Origin: Pseudomonadota bacterium
GTDB lineage: Bacteria; Pseudomonadota; Alphaproteobacteria; Rhizobiales; CAJQND01
DNA length: 31,427 bases
Reading direction: 5' to 3'
NCBI GenBank assembly: GCA_038748855.1
Contig: JBCDIP010000001.1
Location: forward strand, 1 to 31,427
Made by a program: the position numbers and the translations under genes
The notes under the pieces: model-generated
Database searches by the model: none
Told to the model about the DNA's origin: nothing
What the model saw: only the letters and a program-made list of their open reading frames with translations
Shown here: one piece after another, positions 24,982-31,427 of the stretch
How positions within the stretch are numbered: the first letter of the stretch is position 1
Layout: each line of letters begins with the position of its first letter

Positions 24982-26469
24982 ATGGTTACGGTCTACAACA
25001 GTGTTGAACGTATTGATGCTGAAGCCGTCAACTCCAAGGAGAAGCGGTCGAGCTATGCTGCAAGGGTAAAGATCTTTCCCAAGCGGGTGGCCGGCACGTT
25101 TCGCCAGCTCAAATGGTGGATAATGCTGGTTACGCTCGGCATCTATTACGTGACACCCTGGCTGCGCTGGGACCGGGGCCAGCATGCCCCCGACCAGGCA
25201 GTTCTGGTGGACCTGGCCAATGGCCGCTTCTATTTCTTCTTCATCGAGATCTGGCCGCAGGAACTGTTCTACATTGCCGGCCTTTTGATCATGGCGGGCG
25301 TGGGGCTCTTCCTCATCACCTCCACGGTGGGCCGGGCGTGGTGCGGTTACACTTGTCCGCAAACGGTGTGGGTGGATCTCTTCTTGGTGGTGGAGCGCTG
25401 GATGGAGGGCGACCGCAACGCCCGCATTAAGCTCGACAAGGGCCCCTGGACCTTCGACAAGTGGCGCAAGCGGCTCATAAAGCACGCCATTTGGATCGTC
25501 ATTGCCGTGGCCACAGGCGGCGCCTGGATCTTCTATTTTGCCGATGCGCCAACGCTGCTCAAAAACTTCCTCACATTCCAGGCTCCATTCGTGGCCTATT
25601 CCACGGTCGCCATCTTGACAGCCACCACATACGTCTTCGCCGGCTTCATGCGCGAGCAGGTCTGCACCTACATGTGCCCGTGGCCGCGCATTCAAGGGGC
25701 CATGCTGGACGAGGACAGCCTGGTGGTCACCTATAATGGCTGGCGCGGCGAGACCCGGGGAGGGCAGAAGCTGCGCCGGACGCAGGGCGAGGAGAATTTC
25801 GGCGACTGCATCGACTGCAACCTGTGTGTGGCCGTCTGCCCCCAAGGCATCGACATCCGCGACGGCCAGCAGCTGGAATGCATCACCTGCGCGCTCTGCA
25901 TCGATGCCTGCGATGGGGTGATGGAGAAGACCGGCAAGCCCAAGGGCCTGATCTCCTACGCCACCCTGCGCAACTACAATTCCAACGTGGCCGGCGTTGA
26001 AAGCCCCACCACCTGGCGCTCATTCGTGCGCCCGCGCACCTACATTTATGCCGGTGTGTGGTCGTTGATCGGCCTTATCATGCTGGGCTTCCTGCTGACC
26101 CGCGACCGGCTGGACATAAACGTGCTGCACGACCGCAATCCGGTCTATGTGCGCCTGTCTGATGGTGGTATCCGCAACGGCTATACCATCAAAGTGCTCA
26201 ACATGCGGGCCGAGCCCAGAACCGTCACCCTTTCTCTGGCAGGGATCGAGGGGGCCACAATGACCCGGACCGGATCGGACGCGGCGCCCTCTAACTCTAT
26301 TGATGTGGATTTGAAACCCGATAAGCTGGTGTCCATGAAAGTCTATGTGAGCGCGGCCAAGGCCAGCCTCACGGGCGAGGTGAGCGACATTACGTTCACC
26401 GTGACCAACACAGTGGATGAGGAAAGCGCCAGCTACACCGCAAAATTCAACGGACCGGCGGAGCGCTAA
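24982..26469 (+). CDS. ccoG: Cytochrome c oxidase accessory protein CcoG/FixG
   Basis: GRAWCGYTCPQTVW, CTYMCPWPRIQ and ferredoxin motifs CIDCNLCVAVCP / CITCALCIDAC. Confidence 0.97.
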   Translation: MVTVYNSVERIDAEAVNSKEKRSSYAARVKIFPKRVAGTFRQLKWWIMLVTLGIYYVTPWLRWDRGQHAPDQAVLVDLANGRFYFFFIEIWPQELFYIAGLLIMAGVGLFLITSTVGRAWCGYTCPQTVWVDLFLVVERWMEGDRNARIKLDKGPWTFDKWRKRLIKHAIWIVIAVATGGAWIFYFADAPTLLKNFLTFQAPFVAYSTVAILTATTYVFAGFMREQVCTYMCPWPRIQGAMLDEDSLVVTYNGWRGETRGGQKLRRTQGEENFGDCIDCNLCVAVCPQGIDIRDGQQLECITCALCIDACDGVMEKTGKPKGLISYATLRNYNSNVAGVESPTTWRSFVRPRTYIYAGVWSLIGLIMLGFLLTRDRLDINVLHDRNPVYVRLSDGGIRNGYTIKVLNMRAEPRTVTLSLAGIEGATMTRTGSDAAPSNSIDVDLKPDKLVSMKVYVSAAKASLTGEVSDITFTVTNTVDEESASYTAKFNGPAER

Positions 26470-26471
26470 CC

Positions 26472-26963
26472 ATGACGACGATGACGAAACGAAACGAATT
26501 CACCGGCCGCCATATGCTCTTGACGATGTTTGCCTTCTTCGGCGTCATCATCGCGGTCAACTTCACCATGGCGTTCTTTGCGTCCTCCACCTGGACCGGG
26601 CTCATGGTGAAGAACAGCTATGTGGCCAGCCAGGACTTCAACGCCAAGCTGGCCAAGGCCCGCGCGCAGGATGCCCTGGGCTGGACCAGCGCCATGGTGC
26701 TGGAAGGTCAGGATCTCAAGCTCACGCTGAAAGATGATCAGGCCAGACCCCTTGCGGGCCTCAACGTTGTGGCGCGGGTTTACCGGCCCGTGGCCGAGGC
26801 TGAGGACCATGACGTGGCCCTCACCGAAAGCAAGCCCGGGCAGTATGGCGCCACGGTGGATCTCAACTCCGGCCTGTGGGAAGTGGCGATCATGGCCACT
26901 GGGCGCGGCGAGCAGAACTATCAGCAGATCTTCCGCTTTATCGTGAAGGACCGCCGGCCATGA
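26472..26963 (+). CDS. ccoH: CcoH/FixH
   Basis: FTGRHML...FFGVIIAVN...TWTGL..KNSYVASQDFN; position in the operon. Confidence 0.95.
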   Translation: MTTMTKRNEFTGRHMLLTMFAFFGVIIAVNFTMAFFASSTWTGLMVKNSYVASQDFNAKLAKARAQDALGWTSAMVLEGQDLKLTLKDDQARPLAGLNVVARVYRPVAEAEDHDVALTESKPGQYGATVDLNSGLWEVAIMATGRGEQNYQQIFRFIVKDRRP

Positions 26964-29203
26964 CCCCCGGTGCGCTCAATGCCTGGACCCATGATGCGGG
27001 CGGCGGCAAGCGGCGCATGGAGCTCATGGTGCCCGACATGCACTGCGCCGGCTGCATCGGCAAGGTGGAGCGGGGCCTAAAGGCCGTTCCCGGCGTCTCG
27101 AACGCCCGGGTCAATCTCTCCACAAAGCGCGTGGCCGTGGAGTGGGCGGACGGTGAGGCGGAGCCGCAAACCATATTGGACACCGTGGAAGGGCTGGGCT
27201 TTGCCGCGCGCCCGTTTGATGCCGGCCAGGCTGGCGATGGTGAAGAGGAAGCGGTGAACCGCCGCCTGCTGCGCGCCCTGGCGGTGGCCGGGTTTGCCGC
27301 GGCCAATGTGATGCTGCTGTCAGTCTCCGTCTGGTCAGGTGCGCAGGACGCCACGCGCGAGCTCTTCCACTGGATCTCAGCGCTCATCGCCGTGCCTGCT
27401 GCAGCCTATGCGGGGCGTCCGTTCTTCCATTCCGCCGCGGGCGCCTTGCGGCACCGCCGGCTGAACATGGATGTTCCCATTTCGCTCGGGATCATCCTGG
27501 CGGTGGCTCTCAGCCTGTTTGAAACCGCAACGGGCGGCGAGCGGGTCTATTTCGATGCCTCGCTCATGCTCTGCTTCTTCCTCCTGGCCGGGCGCTATCT
27601 AGACCACATGATGCGGGCGAGGGCGCGTTCTGCGGTGACACAACTGCTCTCGTTGTCCTCAACCGGGGCCCAGGTGATCGAAACTGACGGCTCGCGGCGT
27701 TATTGCCCGCTGGCAGAAATCAAGACCGGCATGGTGGTGGCCGTTGCACCGGGCGAGCGTGTGCCGGTGGATGGCCGCATCCTTCACGGCACCAGCGATC
27801 TGGACCGCTCTATTGTGACGGGCGAGGCGGCGCCGGAAGCCGTTGGGCCTGAGGGAGCTGTTGAGGCCGGCACACTTAATCTCACCGGTCCCCTGCAAAT
27901 CGAGGTGACGGCGGCGGGCCGTGACAGTTTCCTCTCCCAAGTGATCGGCCTGATGGAAACCGCCGAACAGAGCAAGGACCGCTATGTTCGCCTTGCCGAC
28001 CGAGCGGCGCAAATCTATGCACCCCTGGTGCACATCGCTGCTGCGGCCACATTCGCCGGCTGGGTCTGGTGGAGCGGGGACTGGCACCTCTCGCTGGTGA
28101 CCGCCATAGCCGTGTTGATTATCACGTGTCCCTGCGCCTTAGGGCTAGCTGTGCCTGCGGTGCAGATGGTGGCAAGCGGGCGTTTATTCCGTAAAGGCAT
28201 CATGGTCAAAGAGGGCAGTGCCCTTGAACGCCTGGCAGATGTGGACGTCGTGGTGCTGGACAAGACCGGCACGCTCACCCTGGGCGCACCTGAGCTACTG
28301 GATCCGCCCAAGCTTTCTGGTGAAACCCGCGCCTTGATCTTAAGCCTCGCCCGCGAAAGCCTGCACCCGCTGGCCAAGGCGCTGGTGGCGGGCTCTAAGC
28401 CCGTGGCGGTGCTGGAGGAGGGCCTGGAGGAGATCCAAGAGGTGCCGGGTGCCGGCATGCAGGCCCTCTATAAGGGCAAGGTGCTGAAGCTCGGCTCGCA
28501 CCTTTGGTGTTACGGCACCGAAGACACCGCGCGCCAAGACGCCGTGTCCGTTCTCCATGCCGCGCTGGATGGCGAGCCTCTGGCGCAGTTTTCGTTCCGC
28601 GATCAGCTGCGCCCCCAAACCCGCCAGGCCATCAGCCAGCTCGCGGAGTTGGGCTTAGGGGTAGCGCTTCTGTCGGGCGACCGGGAGCCGGCCGTTGCGG
28701 CCGCCGCCGCTGAAGCCGGGATCAGCCAATGGCTCTCCTGTGCCAAGCCTGGCGACAAGGTGGACTTCGTGGCTGAGCTGGAAGAAAAGGGCATGCGCGT
28801 CCTTATGGTGGGCGATGGCATCAACGATGCCCCGGCCTTGGCCGCCGCTCACGCCTCCATGGCGCCGGCAAACGCCACTGACATTGGCCGCACGGCGGCG
28901 GGGCTTGTGTTCACCAGCGCAGATCTTGCGGCTGTGCCCTACGCGGTGGAGGTGGCCCGTTCGGCGCGCCGCCTGGTGCACCAGAACTTCACGCTCGCTG
29001 CGCTCTACAATCTCATTGCCGTGCCCATCGCCGTTTTGGGCTTTGCCTCGCCCTTGGTTGCGGCGGTGGCCATGTCCACCTCGTCAATCGTGGTAACGGC
29101 CAACGCGCTTCGGCTCTATGGCCGCAAGAGCGCGACCGTTACGCGCGATCGGGCGCAAGTGTCCAGCGTTGACGCAGGCCCCAACACGGAGGCGGCAGCA
29201 TGA
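26960..29203 (+). CDS. ccoI: CcoI/FixI copper P1B-type ATPase
   Basis: MHCAGC metal-binding domain, TGE, CPC, DKTGT, HPLA and MVGDGINDAPAL. Start at ATG 26960 overlapping the ccoH stop. Confidence 0.96.
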   Translation: MTPGALNAWTHDAGGGKRRMELMVPDMHCAGCIGKVERGLKAVPGVSNARVNLSTKRVAVEWADGEAEPQTILDTVEGLGFAARPFDAGQAGDGEEEAVNRRLLRALAVAGFAAANVMLLSVSVWSGAQDATRELFHWISALIAVPAAAYAGRPFFHSAAGALRHRRLNMDVPISLGIILAVALSLFETATGGERVYFDASLMLCFFLLAGRYLDHMMRARARSAVTQLLSLSSTGAQVIETDGSRRYCPLAEIKTGMVVAVAPGERVPVDGRILHGTSDLDRSIVTGEAAPEAVGPEGAVEAGTLNLTGPLQIEVTAAGRDSFLSQVIGLMETAEQSKDRYVRLADRAAQIYAPLVHIAAAATFAGWVWWSGDWHLSLVTAIAVLIITCPCALGLAVPAVQMVASGRLFRKGIMVKEGSALERLADVDVVVLDKTGTLTLGAPELLDPPKLSGETRALILSLARESLHPLAKALVAGSKPVAVLEEGLEEIQEVPGAGMQALYKGKVLKLGSHLWCYGTEDTARQDAVSVLHAALDGEPLAQFSFRDQLRPQTRQAISQLAELGLGVALLSGDREPAVAAAAAEAGISQWLSCAKPGDKVDFVAELEEKGMRVLMVGDGINDAPALAAAHASMAPANATDIGRTAAGLVFTSADLAAVPYAVEVARSARRLVHQNFTLAALYNLIAVPIAVLGFASPLVAAVAMSTSSIVVTANALRLYGRKSATVTRDRAQVSSVDAGPNTEAAA

Positions 29204-29349
29204 ACGTTCTAATCTTCCTCATCCCGGCGGCCCTGTTCCTAGGACTTGCAGGTTTGGCGGCCTTCCTCTGGGCGCTGAAATCCGGTCAGTTCGACGACCT
29301 CGACGGTGCCGCTGAACGTATTCTGCTCGACGACGAGGACGAAGCTTAG
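29200..29349 (+). CDS. ccoS: CcoS/FixS cbb3 maturation protein (49 aa; not in the ORF track)
   Basis: Hand translation MNVLIFLIPAALFLGLAGLAAFLWALKSGQFDDLDGAAERILLDDEDEA; ATGA overlap with ccoI. Confidence 0.95.
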   Translation: MNVLIFLIPAALFLGLAGLAAFLWALKSGQFDDLDGAAERILLDDEDEA

Positions 29350-29362
29350 CCCCGTCCTCCCA

Positions 29363-30646
29363 TCAGCCGAAGACGGACTGGACCACCAGGTTCGGCAACC
29401 AGAGCACAATCGCCGGGATCAGCAAACACAGCACCAGCACACACCCGTCCGTGCACAGGAACGGGAAGGAACCTCTCATCACCGTTGTCACCGGAACCCC
29501 TGTCGTGCCGCTCACGGCAAAGAGGTTCAGTCCCACGGGCGGGATCACCGCCCCCATCTCAATGCACAGGGCAAACAGAATGCCGAGGTGGATCGGGTCA
29601 ATGTCCAGCGTGATCGCCACCGGATAGATCACTGGCACCACCAGCACCAAGACGGCAACGCCGGTGAGGCACGTGGCCAGCGCCAAGAGAACCACCATCA
29701 AGAGGCCCAGGAACGCCACCGGCGACAGGCCAAGCTCGGTCACCCATTGCGCGATGTCCTGTGGCCAGCCCTGGTTGGCCAGCAGGAACTGGAAGATCCC
29801 CACACCGCCCAGCACGAAGAACAAGATTGCGGTCAGGTTCACAGCGCGCTGCGTGGCGGCATAGGCTTCCTTGAAGAACTCGCCCCGCAGCGCGATGGCC
29901 CCATAGAGCAGGGCGTAGGCACACGCTGCGGCCCCTGATTCTGTGGGCGTCAGCACCCCGCCATACAGACCGCCCAAGACGATCACAGGCATCAAAAGCG
30001 CCGGGAAGGCCTCAATGGCGGCTTTCCAAAGCTCGCTGAAGGAGAACTTACTTGCCGGCAGGCCCAGGATGGCCGCCATGGTCAGCACGATCACGGCGTC
30101 GGAAATGGCCAACATGACGCCGGGCGTCACGCCCGCAAAGAACAGCTTGGTGATCGATTGTTCGGTCAGAACACCGTAAAGGATCAAGGTGATCGATGGT
30201 GGGATCAAGATCGCGATCCCGCCCCCCGTCGCGATGACGCCGGCGGCCATCCATTTCGGATAGCCGCGCTTGATCATCTCCGGGTAGGCCACCAGGCCCA
30301 TGGCCGCGGCCATGGCCGTGGACGATCCGGAAATCGCACCGAACATCACGGCGGCCAGGATTGTTGCGTAGGCAAAGCCGCCCGGCAGCCAGCCGATGAG
30401 CGCATCTGCAAACCGGAACAGCTTGTTGATCAGACCCGTGCGCTCCATCAGAAAGCCCGCATAGACGAAGAACGGGATCGCCATAAGCGTGTACTTGTTC
30501 ACGAAGCTGAAGAACGACCGGAAGATCGCGTTCGGGCTCAGCAGCGGATCATACAGGATGAAGGCGACGGTGACGGCGATCAGGGCGACGGCAATCGGCG
30601 CGCCCAGCGCCAGCATTGTGAGCAATGCAGGTCCGATGAAACCCAT
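29363..30646 (-). CDS. dctM: TRAP transporter large permease
   Basis: LMAIPFFV, FGAISGSSTA, ILIPPS, PTES and IPPVGLNLF motifs. Confidence 0.95.
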   Translation of the reverse strand: MGFIGPALLTMLALGAPIAVALIAVTVAFILYDPLLSPNAIFRSFFSFVNKYTLMAIPFFVYAGFLMERTGLINKLFRFADALIGWLPGGFAYATILAAVMFGAISGSSTAMAAAMGLVAYPEMIKRGYPKWMAAGVIATGGGIAILIPPSITLILYGVLTEQSITKLFFAGVTPGVMLAISDAVIVLTMAAILGLPASKFSFSELWKAAIEAFPALLMPVIVLGGLYGGVLTPTESGAAACAYALLYGAIALRGEFFKEAYAATQRAVNLTAILFFVLGGVGIFQFLLANQGWPQDIAQWVTELGLSPVAFLGLLMVVLLALATCLTGVAVLVLVVPVIYPVAITLDIDPIHLGILFALCIEMGAVIPPVGLNLFAVSGTTGVPVTTVMRGSFPFLCTDGCVLVLCLLIPAIVLWLPNLVVQSVFG

Positions 30647-30648
30647 GG

Positions 30649-31206
30649 CTAGATATCAATGCCTTCGTCGACTGGAGCCCACTCAAATACCTTCTTGTCG
30701 AACAAGGCCCTGACATCCTGGTACAGCTGGAAGGCTGTCACGAGGGCCATGAGGCCAAAGGTGACGAGCAGCGCCAGCTGGAAGGGCCAGATCACAAGGA
30801 CCATGGATTGGGTCGTGCGTTCCATCATCATGGACCGCTCCACCGCGGGCAAGCCCCAGTAGCACAGCGCGCTGAACAGTGTGAGAGACATGGCCGAGAT
30901 CATGGCGCGGATGGCCAGCACAAGCCGTTTCATACCGCGCGCTTCCAGCGCTTCGATCACAAAACTCACGCGCAAGTGCGAGCGGCGGGCTTGTGTGACG
31001 GCGAAATACAAAAACACGGATGCCACAATGCCGTAGGTCACGGCGTCCTGCCCCCAGTCATAGACGACGCCAAACACGTAGCGGCGGAACACTTCCAAGA
31101 TCGCAAGGCCGGTTCCAAGGAACATGGCCAGAACCGCAATGTTGCCGATTATGTGGTCCAGAATAAAGCGGATGCCCCGATAGAGTCGGTCGATAACGTT
31201 GTCCAT
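30649..31206 (-). CDS. dctQ: TRAP transporter small permease
   Basis: Four transmembrane segments, EVFRRY..G...W and HLRVSF. Start at ATG 31206 after RBS GAGGGG. Confidence 0.88.
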   Translation of the reverse strand: MDNVIDRLYRGIRFILDHIIGNIAVLAMFLGTGLAILEVFRRYVFGVVYDWGQDAVTYGIVASVFLYFAVTQARRSHLRVSFVIEALEARGMKRLVLAIRAMISAMSLTLFSALCYWGLPAVERSMMMERTTQSMVLVIWPFQLALLVTFGLMALVTAFQLYQDVRALFDKKVFEWAPVDEGIDI

Positions 31207-31256
31207 GCCACGCCCCTCGCTTGGTATGGTGCGGCTAGACCGCCGCACAGGTAGCT

Positions 31257-31290
31257 AAAAAAACGGCCAGTCCCTGTGGACTGGCCGTTT
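31257..31290 (-). terminator. Rho-independent terminator-like hairpin between dctP and dctQ
   Basis: Perfect 13-bp stem AAACGGCCAGTCC-ctgt-GGACTGGCCGTTT followed by a U-tract on the - strand. Confidence 0.8.
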
Positions 31291-31306
31291 GATCAAGCGT
31301 GTTGGA

Positions 31307-31427
31307 TTACTTTTTGCGATACTTCGCAAACAGCTCCATCATCGGGCCGCAATCTGTTTTCTCCAGATCGCTCGCGCCCAGCGGGTTGGCAGCAACAGCA
31401 GCTTTGGCTTCCATTGCGAATTTGTCG
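31307..31427 (-). CDS. dctP: C-terminus of probable TRAP substrate-binding protein (partial)
   Basis: Open frame from the right edge, DKFAMEAK...MMELFAKYRKK, ending at TAA 31307-31309, upstream of dctQM. Identity comes from context only. Confidence 0.65.
   Translation of the reverse strand, partial: DKFAMEAKAAVAANPLGASDLEKTDCGPMMELFAKYRKK

Overview
GC-rich alphaproteobacterial (Hyphomicrobiales-like) chromosomal DNA, inferred from the cco/fix gene set, the FnrN-type regulator, a CTTGAC-N17-CTATAT promoter and the REP families. The left edge holds the 5' three-quarters of pyruvate carboxylase. Positions ~2.8-19.2 kb are an accessory amine/amino-acid catabolic region: an orphan Tat-exported polyamine-type binding protein, two divergent amidinotransferase/deiminase-superfamily enzymes, an amidase, an SCP2-like protein plus alpha/beta hydrolase, DUF922, a DadA-family oxidoreductase, VOC, HAD, RidA, Ldh_2, SDR, EamA and an OYE-type Fe-S flavoenzyme. 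Positions 19.9-29.3 kb are the microaerobic respiration block: fnrN, hemerythrin, a perfect FNR/FixK box and ccoNOQP-GHIS. A TRAP transporter is at the right edge. The non-coding DNA is the most interesting part: (i) a strand-specific 62-nt hairpin with alternative RBS-sequestering pairings in the leader of the second amidinotransferase (candidate undescribed cis-regulatory RNA); (ii) a promoter-driven ~150-nt structured RNA resembling speF/alpha-r45 with no decarboxylase gene behind it; (iii) four exactly 80-bp REP-doublet elements showing covariation, plus a second REP family. No CRISPR, tRNA, rRNA or transposase was seen. Family calls come from motif recognition by eye; no database searches or folding programs were run.
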